A stretch of 64,000 bases of DNA from Kiritimatiellia bacterium (GTDB taxonomy: Bacteria; Verrucomicrobiota; Kiritimatiellia; JAAZAB01), in assembly GCA_040767085.1 (NCBI GenBank), contig JAXGPF010000007.1, positions 224,266-288,265 on the forward strand. Reading direction: 5' to 3'. Of this stretch, positions 19,204 through 28,955 are shown in pieces (the stretch's first letter is position 1; the number at the start of each line of letters is the position of its first letter). The notes under the pieces are model-generated. The model searched no databases. It saw only the letters and a list, made by a program, of their open reading frames with translations, and was not told where the DNA came from. The position numbers and the translations under genes were made by a program.

Positions 19204-19938
19204 TCAAGCACCGGCCGACGCGCCGGCGGAGTCATCCGGCGGGCGCTTCCAGACCGCTTCGCGGCGGCCGAACAGCACCGTGCCCAGCCGGACCAGCGTG
19301 GCGCCTTCCTCAACTGCCGCCTCAAAATCCTGCGACATGCCCATGGATAATTCCGGGAGCGCGAACCCGGCGGCGACGCGCGCCGCATCGCGCAATTCCC
19401 GCAGCCGGCGGAAATACGGCCGGACCGCTTCCGGGTCGGGCGCCGGCGGCGGAATGCACATCAATCCCGCGATCTCCACGCGGCGCATCCGCTCGGCCGC
19501 GCGCAACAACGGGATGACCATGTCCGGCGCCAGGCCGAACTTGGTGGCTTCACCGGCCACGTTGACTTCCAGGCAGACCGGCAGGGTGCGGCCCGCCAGG
19601 CCGGCGGCTTCGTCCAGCGCCGCCAGCAACTTCAACGAATCCACCGAATGGATCATTTCAAACAAACGCGCCGCCGCGCGGGCCTTGTTGGTCTGCAAAT
19701 GGCCGACCAGGTGCCAGACCGCGCGCGCCGGACAAAGCGGCATCTTGGCCTGCGCTTCCTGCACCCGGTTCTCGCCAAACAGCGTCAACCCGCAATCGCA
19801 GGCGGCGCGCACCATTTCCGGCCCGTGCGTTTTCGAAACCGCGACCACGCGCACCGACGCCGGATCGCGCCCAGCGCGGCGGCAGGCTTGTTCGATCCGC
19901 CCGGCGACGGACGCCCAGCGTGCTCCGATTGAATCCAT
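19204..19938 (-). CDS. yggS: PLP homeostasis protein YggS
   Basis: VAVSKT, FGENRVQE, WHLVGHLQTNK, LSMGMS, VRLGT. Confidence 0.96.
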   Translation of the reverse strand: MDSIGARWASVAGRIEQACRRAGRDPASVRVVAVSKTHGPEMVRAACDCGLTLFGENRVQEAQAKMPLCPARAVWHLVGHLQTNKARAAARLFEMIHSVDSLKLLAALDEAAGLAGRTLPVCLEVNVAGEATKFGLAPDMVIPLLRAAERMRRVEIAGLMCIPPPAPDPEAVRPYFRRLRELRDAARVAAGFALPELSMGMSQDFEAAVEEGATLVRLGTVLFGRREAVWKRPPDDSAGASAGA

Positions 19939-20045
19939 ACCCGGTCACATCCCCCGGCGGCCGGCGCATGTTTCATCCGCCGGCCAACGGCCAAAGCTTG
20001 CAAAAAAATTCAAGTTTAATAATATCACAAACCTGGAAATAAACC

Positions 20046-20873
20046 ATGAAAAAACACGCCTGGCGCATTAATTCCACCGCGGCCGTTTCGCTGCAGGATT
20101 TCCTGGCGGAACGCCTGCAGCTTTCCCGCAACCGGGCCAAGGGATTGATTGACGCCCGCATGGTGTTCGTCAACGGACGCCGCGTCTGGATGGCCCGCCA
20201 CCGGCTCCGTTCCGGCGACCTGGTGGAAACCGCGGCGGCCGGCCCGCTCCCGCCGCCGGCGGCGCCGGCGATTCTTTATGACGCCCGCGGCCTGCTGGCG
20301 GTGGACAAACCCCCCGGCATCCTCAGCAACGGCCCCCGCAGCCTGGAAGAACTGCTGCGGGGAACCCTCGCCCGCCCCGGCCTGCAGGCGCTGCACCGGC
20401 TGGACCGCGACACCACCGGCTGCCTGCTGTTCACCGACGATCCCATCCTGCGGGAAACGGTTATCCGGCTTTTCGCCGAACACCGGGTTATCAAGGTTTA
20501 CCATGCCATCGTCGGCGCGCGCCCCGGCTTCCAAACCCGGTCCATTACCCTGCCCGTGGACGGACAGGCGGCCTGCACGAATTTGCGTGTGCTGGATGCC
20601 GGTCCGCAATGCGCCCACCTGCAGCTTTCCATTGCCACCGGCCGGACGCACCAGATTCGCCGCCACCTGGAAGCTTTACGCCTGCCCCTGCTCGGCGAGC
20701 GCGTTTACAATGCCGGCCGGCGCCTGACCGAAAGGGAGATGCGCGTGCCCCGCCAGATGCTGCACGCGCGCCGTCTGGTGCTGACACTGCCCGGCGCCGG
20801 CGCGCCGCTGCAGATTGAAGCGCCTCTACCGGCGGATTTCCGCGGCACCCTGCGGGCGTTTCATCTGCGTTGA
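20046..20873 (+). CDS. RluA/RluD-family pseudouridine synthase with S4 domain
   Basis: VDKPPG, HRLDRDTTG, TGRTHQIR, QMLHA. Confidence 0.93.
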   Translation: MKKHAWRINSTAAVSLQDFLAERLQLSRNRAKGLIDARMVFVNGRRVWMARHRLRSGDLVETAAAGPLPPPAAPAILYDARGLLAVDKPPGILSNGPRSLEELLRGTLARPGLQALHRLDRDTTGCLLFTDDPILRETVIRLFAEHRVIKVYHAIVGARPGFQTRSITLPVDGQAACTNLRVLDAGPQCAHLQLSIATGRTHQIRRHLEALRLPLLGERVYNAGRRLTEREMRVPRQMLHARRLVLTLPGAGAPLQIEAPLPADFRGTLRAFHLR

Positions 20874-21007
20874 GCCAATGCCGGAAGGCTGCCTTATCCG
20901 CCCGGCTGACCGCAAATTCGCCGATTTGCTGAAGTTTAATTTTGTGCTTGTGGATCGGTCCGCCCCGGGTATATTCGGAGAAATCAATCAAGCATTCGGA
21001 GGGAATC

Positions 21008-22252
21008 ATGCAAAAACAAGCGTTATATTCTTTAGGCTGCGGCGACCGTTTCGCCCGGGAAGGCGAAGCTCAACTGGCGGCCTACATCCAGGCCCGGCAA
21101 CACGGCATCGCCGTCCGTCCGGTCTGGAACAAGTCCAACCGGGAACACCAGACCGTCCATACCCGCCCGGAATCCGTGCGCCGGGAAGCGGATGCCGCCG
21201 TGGCCGCGCTCAACTGGCGGGACGGATATTACGTGGATGCCGACCATATTTCGCTGGCCAACGTGGACGGGTTTATCGAATATTGCGATTTCTTCACGCT
21301 CGATGTCGCGGAAAACATCGGCGCGGCGTCCGCGGCGGCAGACCTGGACGCTTTCATGGACGCTATTCAGCCGGCGCTCGGAGAAATTGTTTTGCCCGGC
21401 CTGGAGATGAAATTGCGGCTGGAAGCGCGCGCCGCCCGGGAAATCGCCGGGCAATACCTGGCAGCCGTCCGGGAAGCCGGTCGGATTTACCGCCATATCC
21501 GCGAGCGCAAGCCCGGCCGGTTTGCCGTGGAAATCTCGATGGATGAGACCCGGGCGCCGCAGACGCCGCCGGAACTGTTCTGCATCCTGGCGATGATCGC
21601 GCGGGAAAATATTCCGGCGGACACCCTGGCGCCAAAATTCAGCGGCCGGTTCAATAAGGGCGTGGATTACGCCGGCGATCCCGCGCAATTCGAAAAGGAA
21701 TTCGCCCAGGATGTCGCCGTGCTGAAATACGCCGTCCGGCATTTTGGCCTCCAGCCGGGGCTGCGCCTGAGCGTGCATTCCGGCAGCGATAAATTCGCCA
21801 TATACCCGGCGATGAACCGGATCATCAAACAAGCGGGCGCCGGCCTGCACGTCAAAACCGCCGGCACGACCTGGCTGGAGGAAGTCATCGGCCTGGCCGA
21901 AGCGGGCGGAAGCGGCCTGCAGATCGCCAAGCAGGTTTACGCCGCCGCGCACGGCCGCTACGACGAACTGGCCGCGCCATACGCGGCGGTCATAGACATC
22001 CATCCGGAGCAACTGCCGCCCGTGGCCGCGGTCAACGCCTGGACCAGCGCCCAATTTGTGCGCGCGCTGCGCCACGACCAAGCCTGCCCGGACTACAATC
22101 CCGGCTTCCGGCAGCTGATCCATGTCGCCTACAAGGTCGCCTACGAACTCGGGGAGGCCTTTACCGGCGCCCTGGAAGAACACCGCGCCGCGGTTGCGCG
22201 CAATGTCACCTTGAACCTCTGGGAACGCCATATCCGGCCGATCTTCGGGTAA
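21008..22252 (+). CDS. uxaE: Tagaturonate/fructuronate epimerase
   Basis: LGCGDRF, DADH, EISMDE, FNKGVDY, SVHSGSDKF, HVKTAGT. Confidence 0.9.
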   Translation: MQKQALYSLGCGDRFAREGEAQLAAYIQARQHGIAVRPVWNKSNREHQTVHTRPESVRREADAAVAALNWRDGYYVDADHISLANVDGFIEYCDFFTLDVAENIGAASAAADLDAFMDAIQPALGEIVLPGLEMKLRLEARAAREIAGQYLAAVREAGRIYRHIRERKPGRFAVEISMDETRAPQTPPELFCILAMIARENIPADTLAPKFSGRFNKGVDYAGDPAQFEKEFAQDVAVLKYAVRHFGLQPGLRLSVHSGSDKFAIYPAMNRIIKQAGAGLHVKTAGTTWLEEVIGLAEAGGSGLQIAKQVYAAAHGRYDELAAPYAAVIDIHPEQLPPVAAVNAWTSAQFVRALRHDQACPDYNPGFRQLIHVAYKVAYELGEAFTGALEEHRAAVARNVTLNLWERHIRPIFG

Positions 22253-22298
22253 TCGGATATTGGCTTAGTCGGGAGGCGCAAGCGCAAATCCGGCGATG

Positions 22299-22979
22299 TC
22301 AATCTTCCGATGCGGGCGGCTGGGCGGAGGGGCACAGCGCGCGCGCCTGGCAACGGCTGCATTCCGGCCGCCGTGCGCGGCAGACATAGCGCCCGTGAAA
22401 CACCAGCACGTGGTTCACCAGGGGCCAGTCGCGTTTGGGAAACAGCCGCAGGAGATCCTGTTCAATTTTGTCCGGATCGGTTTCCGCCGTCCATCCCAGC
22501 CGGCGGGACACCCGGCGCACATGCGTATCCACGGCAATGCCGGCGGCCAGCCCGAAGGCATTGCTTAAAATAACATTGGCCGTTTTGCGTCCCACGCCCG
22601 GCAACCGCAACAAGTCCTCCATCCGGTCCGGCACACGGCCCTGGTGGCGTTCCAGTAGCAAGGCCATGGATTCCCGGATAAAACGCGCTTTTTGACGGAA
22701 AAACCCCAGGGGCCGCAGGTAGCGCTCCAGTTCGCCCGGCGCGGCGCCCGGGTAGTCCTCAGGGCGGGGAAACCGCCGGAACAATTCCGGCGTCACTTCG
22801 TTCACCCGGCGGTCGGTGCATTGCGCCGAGAGAATAACCGCGACGAGCAATTCCTCGGGGTTGCGATGCCGCAACTCGATCGCGGCGCCGGGATGCTGGC
22901 GCCGCAGCCGGCGCCAGACCGCGCGCACCCTGGCAGGCGCAGCGGGCAGCCCGCGAAACGTGGTGGATGCGGGAGACAT
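22299..22979 (-). CDS. nth: Endonuclease III
   Basis: ILSAQCTD, LPGVGRKTANV, AVDTHV, C-x6-C-x2-C-x5-C Fe-S motif. Confidence 0.96.
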   Translation of the reverse strand: MSPASTTFRGLPAAPARVRAVWRRLRRQHPGAAIELRHRNPEELLVAVILSAQCTDRRVNEVTPELFRRFPRPEDYPGAAPGELERYLRPLGFFRQKARFIRESMALLLERHQGRVPDRMEDLLRLPGVGRKTANVILSNAFGLAAGIAVDTHVRRVSRRLGWTAETDPDKIEQDLLRLFPKRDWPLVNHVLVFHGRYVCRARRPECSRCQARALCPSAQPPASED

Positions 22980-23022
22980 GGGTATAAGGCGCGGGCGGAT
23001 GCCGTCGCCGCTCGGACGCGGA

Positions 23023-23247
23023 TCAACGCTGGCGGAAAGTGATCCGGCCCTTGGTCAGATCGTACGGAGAGATTTCCACGGTGACCTTGTCGCCGGTGGA
23101 AATCTTGATGAAATTCTTGCGCATCTTGCCGGAAATATGCGCCAGAATCTCGGACCCATTGCCCAGGCGCACACGGTACATGGTGGCCGGCAACACCTTG
23201 GCCACCACGCCCTCGACCCTGATAACATCCTCTTTCTCAGACGACAT
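23023..23247 (-). CDS. infA: Translation initiation factor IF-1
   Basis: KEDVIRVEG...[10 protein letters not shown]...[13 protein letters not shown]. Confidence 0.97.
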   Translation of the reverse strand: MSSEKEDVIRVEGVVAKVLPATMYRVRLGNGSEILAHISGKMRKNFIKISTGDKVTVEISPYDLTKGRITFRQR

Positions 23248-23308
23248 ATAACCTCATAACCGGCGCGGCTGCGTTGAACAAATCCGCATTAATGCACAAA
23301 CTCTTTTA

Positions 23309-23337
23309 TTTATACACGCCCGCGCCCATGCTGGCAA
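23309..23337 (-). promoter_or_regulatory. sigma70-type promoter for infA-nth
   Basis: TTGCCA-17 nt-TATAAA. Confidence 0.5.
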
Positions 23338-23362
23338 TGATTTTTTGTTGAAAGACGGCAAT

Positions 23363-24166
23363 TTATAAAAAGCAGCCGGCGGCCAAGGCTGCTAAATGCC
23401 GGCAGGCAGCCTCCAGGCATCGACGGATTTCCGCCGTGCCGGGGAGCACCTCGGCCAGGCGTTCCAGGCAGCCGCGCTCGCGCAGGCGGCGCGCCGCCGC
23501 GGGATAATTAATGTCATAGGCCCAGGAGACCTGCATCAGAAAAAAATCGGCCAGGGAATGCACATTCCGGAAGGAAACCGTCCGCCGCGCCTGCAAGTCG
23601 GCCAGTGCGGCAGGATGCGGCGGACCGTCCAGGTCAACGTCATGCAGTATTTCCGGCTGTGCGCGGAAGGCGCCGCTCTGCCAGGCTTCGTAAAGCACGC
23701 GGTAGATATCCAGCTTGTCGGCATCGCGCACCAGGCGCAGGCAGGCCATGGCGCGCGGCGCAGCGAGTTCCGGGAGCGCCGGAATCTCGCGGGCATTATG
23801 GTAACGGACGGCTGTTAAAATGATTGCCGCCTCGGGCGGCGGCAAATCCGACAGCAGCCCTGTTTCCGCGGCCACGCGCGCGCCGCAGGCGCCATGATCC
23901 ACCGACTGGGCGTCGCGGAAAGTGCCGAACCGCGCATATTGTTCAAACCGGCCGATATCGTGCAGCAGGCCCAGCCCGGCGGCCAGCGCGACGCCGCCGG
24001 CATCCCAACCCGCGTCGCCGGCCAGCAGCCGCATGTCATCGGCCACGCGCCGGCTGTGGTCCAGTTTCAATTGCAGCATCGGCGGCAGCCGTCCGCCGGG
24101 GCCGGCAAACCCCTGCTGGTACCGCTCGAATCGCCGATGAATCAATTGCAAATCTTCCTGGCGCAT
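23363..24166 (-). CDS. HD-domain phosphohydrolase
   Basis: KLDHSRRV, LLHDIGRFEQY, SVDHG, RDADKLD; start approximate. Confidence 0.88.
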   Translation of the reverse strand: MRQEDLQLIHRRFERYQQGFAGPGGRLPPMLQLKLDHSRRVADDMRLLAGDAGWDAGGVALAAGLGLLHDIGRFEQYARFGTFRDAQSVDHGACGARVAAETGLLSDLPPPEAAIILTAVRYHNAREIPALPELAAPRAMACLRLVRDADKLDIYRVLYEAWQSGAFRAQPEILHDVDLDGPPHPAALADLQARRTVSFRNVHSLADFFLMQVSWAYDINYPAAARRLRERGCLERLAEVLPGTAEIRRCLEAACRHLAALAAGCFL

Positions 24167-24225
24167 TCCGCTCCGCATTGCATCATTGTTAATTGTTAAA
24201 AAACAACTGCCGCCGGGCAGTGCGT

Positions 24226-25065
24226 TCAAGTTGCGGCGCCCGCCAGCACGGCAAACTCTGCCCGCGCCGCCGGCTCATCGATGGTTTCCGCCAACAGCAC
24301 CAGTTCCGTCTGGCCGTCATAATCCCGGAGTTCCGCGACTTGCAGGACGCCGGCCGCGGCCTGGACGGCCAGCGCCGGAGCCCCGGCCAGGCGCACATAG
24401 CCTTTCATCCGCCACAACCGGGGGGCCCAGGCGTATAAAAATTTTTCCGCCGCATCGCGCGACGCCGGCCGGCCGGAGCGCAGGACCAGGGCCGTGGATG
24501 GCGGGCGGCCGGCGGGATCAATGCCGGCATGTTCAACGGCGCGGCGCCGTGCCACCGGCTCAGCGGAAAATTCACGGAATGCATGTCCTACATCCACGCC
24601 GCAATACCGGGCGGTTTCCACCGCCGCCAGCGGGTTCAGTTCCCGCACGCGCCGGCGAATCAGTTCCAGCGCTTCCGCTCCGGCCTGTTCGGAGTGGTTG
24701 ATGATGACGGTATCGGCCACGCGCACCTGATGGCGCACGCAACGCACCGCATCCGCCATACGTGTAAAATTTCTCGCATCCGCCACGCACCAGCTATGGC
24801 GCAGGCATATCCGCCCCCGCAATTCCGGCGCCGCCAGCATTTGGACGATGGAAAGCGGGTCTGCCAGGCCGGTGGCCTCCAGGATGACCGCGTCCATCGG
24901 CTGCCGGCGCAGCATGACGGCCAGGCCTTGCCGGAATTCCGCCAGGCGGCAGACGCAAAAGACCGAGCCGCCCTGGACCTCGATCATTTCGAAAGGCAGG
25001 CCGGTCGCCCGCAACTCGCGGCCATCCACGCCGCTTGCGGCGAATTCATTCTGGACAACCAGGAC
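24226..25065 (-). pseudogene. CobW/COG0523 GTPase, 3' part (interrupted by IS)
   Basis: VLVVQNEF...GVDG, GGSVFCVC, LEATGLADP, RMKG; joins in frame to the 28805-28915 fragment when the IS is removed. Confidence 0.9.
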
Positions 25066-25218
25066 TGAGAGCGATCACAAAAAATGATGGATGATTTGTC
25101 GTGATAATTGATGGATATGTGTTTGGCCTGGCTTGTTTAATGAGAGCCTATTCGCTTTTTAATTGGGCGTGACGTGTAGGCGCCCCGTCTTTACTTGTCG
25201 TGTTTAAGTGTTGTTGCT

Positions 25219-26049
25219 TTATTGGGATTTTTGCGTTGATATGGCACGGATATTGAACACATCGAAGAAGAGTTTTTCATCAATTTGGTCGAGTTCACGT
25301 TGTAATGCGGCGGCCAAGAGGTCGTTGGCCATGTTCATTAAAGACCGGTAATTTCCGGCGGCATGTTCGCAAAGCGCGGCGATTACGGGGTCTGAAAGCA
25401 ATCTGGTGTTGCCGGCCTGTTTTAGCTGATGGTTGAGGCATTCGCGTAGTTGTTGAGGGGTGGCGGGGTCACAGGGCAGCCGGCAGCGGATACGGCTGGC
25501 CATTGGCAACAGGTCGTCGCTGCGCAGTTTGTTAACCAGTCTTTCATCCCCGGCGAGCACCACGGTGAGGATGCTACGCGAGTCGAGTTCGGCGCTTGCC
25601 AGCATGCGCAGTTCACCCAGTGTTCCCGGCGTCATGAGTTGGGCTTCATCGATGAGGAGGACGGGGCGGTAGAGCGAGGCGTCAATATGGGTCAGCCATT
25701 TTTGACGCAACGCCTTGGCGCCGCCCCAACGGTTGCTTGGCGTCAGCGTAGTTGCGAACAGATCGCCCATTTCGCGGTAGAAGTCGGCCACGGATGCTTG
25801 TGGTCGGGTGATGATGCCGACGGTGATATCCGGGATGCCGCGCAGCCGGTCGGCCAGAATACGCAGCGCCACGCTTTTGCCGGATCCGGGCGAGCCGGTA
25901 ACCAACGCGAAGCCGCCTTCGCCGACCTGATTTTCAATCCGCCAGCAAAAATGTTCGACGGCCGGCGTCCTGAATAGTGCGGCGGTCGGCACTTCCTGGC
26001 AGAACGGGTTGTACTTCAGGCTGTATAGCGCAAGTAGTTTTTTACTCAT
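25219..26049 (-). CDS. ExeA-like AAA+ ATPase (transposition helper)
   Basis: YSLKYNPF, GSPGSGKS Walker A, LLIDEAQ Walker B, VVLAG. Confidence 0.9.
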   Translation of the reverse strand: MSKKLLALYSLKYNPFCQEVPTAALFRTPAVEHFCWRIENQVGEGGFALVTGSPGSGKSVALRILADRLRGIPDITVGIITRPQASVADFYREMGDLFATTLTPSNRWGGAKALRQKWLTHIDASLYRPVLLIDEAQLMTPGTLGELRMLASAELDSRSILTVVLAGDERLVNKLRSDDLLPMASRIRCRLPCDPATPQQLRECLNHQLKQAGNTRLLSDPVIAALCEHAAGNYRSLMNMANDLLAAALQRELDQIDEKLFFDVFNIRAISTQKSQ

Positions 26050-26058
26050 GATGTTTGA

Positions 26059-27555
26059 TTACTCCTGTATTTTGAGTTCATCCTTTGGCAGATAAGCTGG
26101 CGGCAGCCCGGTGGCGGCATAATCCGCGATGAATTTGCGCAACAGTGGCGCCATGCCGGTTGACCGCGGCGGCGGCGATGTTGGATCGGGATGGTCGCCT
26201 ATGGTTTCCTTTTGGCGGCGGTGGCCGTCGGCGTTTTTGTGTTTGTCTTGCGGAAATAGCCGCGTCAAGATTTGATCGCTACGCGCGTCGGCCAGATGAA
26301 CATAAGACAAGTCCCATGCGGCGTATCGCACGCCGATGCGTTTGATATGGCGGTAGCGGGAAGGCACCTCGAAGCGTACGCCGTCAATGCTAATGGTGCC
26401 ATCACTAAAGCGTTGCGTTCGCGAACATCCGGCGGTGAATGCCTGGCGCAAGACTTCCGCGGATGGGCAAGTTCTGCCCACGTCTTTGACATTGACAAAA
26501 CGATCAACCGGCGATCGGGCGGTCGCGGAATGCACCTTGCGGTTATATTCCATTTCGACCCAGGCCTGTGTCGCCTGGTTGAGCTGTGCCAGCGTCAAAT
26601 CAGGGCAGCCGCCGAGCATGGGCAGCAACCGCCCTTCTATTTGCCCCCAGAAGGATTCCTGTTTGCCGTTCTGGTAGGCGCTATAGGGCAGCGTCTTCTC
26701 GTGTAAAACACCTAAACGCGCGAGTCCTTGCGTGGTTTCGTCGGCCGTCATGGCGCCGCCGTTGTCCGTCATCAGCGCCCTTGGCAGACCGCATTTTTGC
26801 ATGGCTTGGCTTAACCCATGCGTCAGGTTCTCGGCGGTTTCCGCCAGGTACCACTGCAAGTGGCAGCACATGCGGGAATGATCGTCCAACACTCCAAGTA
26901 ATTGCGGCCGCAACCACTCGCCGGGCTTGGTCAAGACCGGGATTGATCCCTGATGAAAGTCCAAATGCCATAGCGCATTGACGTACTCGCTTTCGTAGGA
27001 GCGCACCTCTAAAGCCGCAAACCGCGCTTCGGCGGCCCGGGCGCCGGCGGTATCCCGGCGCCCGCCCAAACGGCGGCGCTTGAACATCCCCGCGGCACGC
27101 ATATAACGGCGCACCGACACATAAGACGGTAACGCTCCCAGTCGCGAATCCTCCGCCACGCGCACCGCCAGGTTGTCGTAATGCAGTTGGCAACTCCACT
27201 CCGGGTGTTGTTGGTGCTGGACGCTTATTGCATTGCGCAACTCAAAGCTCAAACTGCGATGGGCGCCATGATCGTTGCGCACCTTGCGCGTCAACACGCC
27301 GACCGGGTCTTTGGCCCCATGTAAAGCCCGGTAATACCACCGCTCAATCGTGGAAGACCCAAACCGCACCCATTGCCCCGTCACCGGATGCCGCCATTGC
27401 TTGCCGGCCAGAAGCGCAATCTCCGCCTGCAAATCGCCCCGCCCCGGCGGCGCCGCCAATAATGGGCCAATTACGCTGAAACGAAAATGCGCCCACCGCG
27501 CGCATCCCCCGGAACCACCGCCACCCGCGCTATAATCCGCATCCTGTTTTGGCAT
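26059..27555 (-). CDS. DDE (rve) transposase with Mu-type C-terminal domain
   Basis: WHLDF, LDDHSR, TDNG, NGKQESFW, YNRKVHS, DGTISIDG; GGGAGG RBS before ATG 27555. Confidence 0.92.
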   Translation of the reverse strand: MPKQDADYSAGGGGSGGCARWAHFRFSVIGPLLAAPPGRGDLQAEIALLAGKQWRHPVTGQWVRFGSSTIERWYYRALHGAKDPVGVLTRKVRNDHGAHRSLSFELRNAISVQHQQHPEWSCQLHYDNLAVRVAEDSRLGALPSYVSVRRYMRAAGMFKRRRLGGRRDTAGARAAEARFAALEVRSYESEYVNALWHLDFHQGSIPVLTKPGEWLRPQLLGVLDDHSRMCCHLQWYLAETAENLTHGLSQAMQKCGLPRALMTDNGGAMTADETTQGLARLGVLHEKTLPYSAYQNGKQESFWGQIEGRLLPMLGGCPDLTLAQLNQATQAWVEMEYNRKVHSATARSPVDRFVNVKDVGRTCPSAEVLRQAFTAGCSRTQRFSDGTISIDGVRFEVPSRYRHIKRIGVRYAAWDLSYVHLADARSDQILTRLFPQDKHKNADGHRRQKETIGDHPDPTSPPPRSTGMAPLLRKFIADYAATGLPPAYLPKDELKIQE

Positions 27556-27691
27556 TGCGCACCCCTCCCGTCTGGCCCGCCGCCAAGCGAAATCCATTCC
27601 GCTCCGCCGACCATTCCGTTGCAATGCCGCCCAAGGTATAACGCCCTCGCGCAAAGCTCCAGCGGCATGCTCTGCGGGAGAAAAACAACCA

Positions 27692-28246
27692 TCACATAAC
27701 CACCGCCATTTCACACGAACCAGTGGTAATCGGCGCAATAAAAAGTAACAGCTTGAACATCCCGCGGCGCCGCTCCGCGCCAAACGCCTCCAATAAACTC
27801 AACGGCATCCGGGTAGCCTCAACCTGTGGCATAAAACTCGCCCGAGCGCCCTTCCAAAACCCGCTCGTCACAAACACCGCGCGCCACCATGCAAGCCAAC
27901 GCTTTAATGTTCGCCGGTCAATGCCCAGTTTTTCAACCAATACCTGCGCGCGCCCAGCATTCAGACCATGCATCAGCGCGCTCACCAGCGCCACCACCAC
28001 GCCCGCATAAACCCGGCGCCCAAGAAAACGCACGCTGGGCGGCGTCTTGCGCCGCCGACACCGCGCACAGTTAAAACTGTGGCGTTTATCCCACCCGACA
28101 ACACCGCGCGGCTTGCGCGCATAATCGCCGCAATGCAGCTTGCCGCCGCAATACCGGCACATCTCCGCCTTGGCGGCCTGCGCAATCTTCCCATCAAATC
28201 GCTCTAAATACTTGATAAAATGACCGCTGTTGAGTACCTTATGCAT
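27692..28246 (-). CDS. Element-encoded Zn-ribbon/HTH protein
   Basis: CRYCGG, CARCRRR, PPSVRFLGRRVY, RRTLKRW; start inferred (MHKVL). Confidence 0.75.
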   Translation of the reverse strand: MHKVLNSGHFIKYLERFDGKIAQAAKAEMCRYCGGKLHCGDYARKPRGVVGWDKRHSFNCARCRRRKTPPSVRFLGRRVYAGVVVALVSALMHGLNAGRAQVLVEKLGIDRRTLKRWLAWWRAVFVTSGFWKGARASFMPQVEATRMPLSLLEAFGAERRRGMFKLLLFIAPITTGSCEMAVVM

Positions 28247-28618
28247 ATGCGTGCTCCCATAAATATCGCGGAATATATCGCAAATATCAGAAAACAATAC
28301 CCGCAAATCCGGCCACTCGAGGAAGAAGACGACATCGAATGGTGGAATCAGGGACTCGATCTGATTGACGCCGGCAAGCTTAACGACGCCGAGGAAATTT
28401 TCAACAAACTTATGCTCGCGCAACCCGATGTGCCCGACGGATTTAACGGGCTGGGAATGGTCTACGAAAAAAAAGGTCACCCGGCGCTCGCCGCGGCATT
28501 CTTCCGGGAAGCCCTGGTCAAGGCGCAAAAACAGGTGCAAGACGGATTCATGGATATAGAACTGCTCCAACCAATCCAAGCCGACCTCGACCGAGTCTTA
28601 AAAGCGTCGCTGCCATAA
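28247..28618 (+). CDS. Small TPR protein (passenger gene)
   Basis: WNQGLDLIDAGKLNDAEEIFNKLMLAQPDVPDGFNGLGMVYEKKG TPR pattern; start uncertain (28241/28247). Confidence 0.75.
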   Translation: MRAPINIAEYIANIRKQYPQIRPLEEEDDIEWWNQGLDLIDAGKLNDAEEIFNKLMLAQPDVPDGFNGLGMVYEKKGHPALAAAFFREALVKAQKQVQDGFMDIELLQPIQADLDRVLKASLP

Positions 28619-28804
28619 AAACGAAATCGCCCACGGCACGCTGCAAGGAGGCAGCGCCCCCGCTGCTGACGCAGCAGGCTACCGCATGCTCAAAAATCAA
28701 GGGGAGCAAAAAGAAGCACTTTATCTGATGGACGCTTGCCCACGTCCATCACTTAGCGTGACTCAAACAACCCGGAAAAACATCAATTACTCCGATCCTG
28801 CTCA

Positions 28805-28915
28805 GACCCGCCGCGCCGGCGCATGGGCGGCGAGAAAGCGCTTGATCAGGGTGGTCTTGCCGGCTCCTAAAAAACCCGACACCAGGAAAAACGGGATGGA
28901 AATCTCAGGTTGCAT
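28805..28915 (-). pseudogene. CobW/COG0523 GTPase, 5' part
   Basis: MQPEISIPFFLVSGFLGAGKTTLIKRFL...RRV, then TGA supplied by the IS end. Confidence 0.9.
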
Positions 28916-28948
28916 AAAAAAAACCGGGCCGCACTGGGCGGCCCGGTT
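28916..28948 (-). terminator. rrn operon intrinsic terminator
   Basis: AACCGGGCCGC/GCGGCCCGGTT stem followed by a T tract, just after 5S. Confidence 0.85.
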
Positions 28949-28955
28949 GGAAAAA

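Larger units (their letters stand above)
25066..28804 (-). mobile_element. Mu/IS21-like transposable element, 3739 bp (Zn-finger ORF, DDE transposase, ExeA-like ATPase, TPR passenger)
   Basis: TGAG...CTCA ends, repeated TGATGGA motifs near both ends, 3-bp duplication GAC (25063-65 and 28805-07), splits cobW. Confidence 0.9.
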
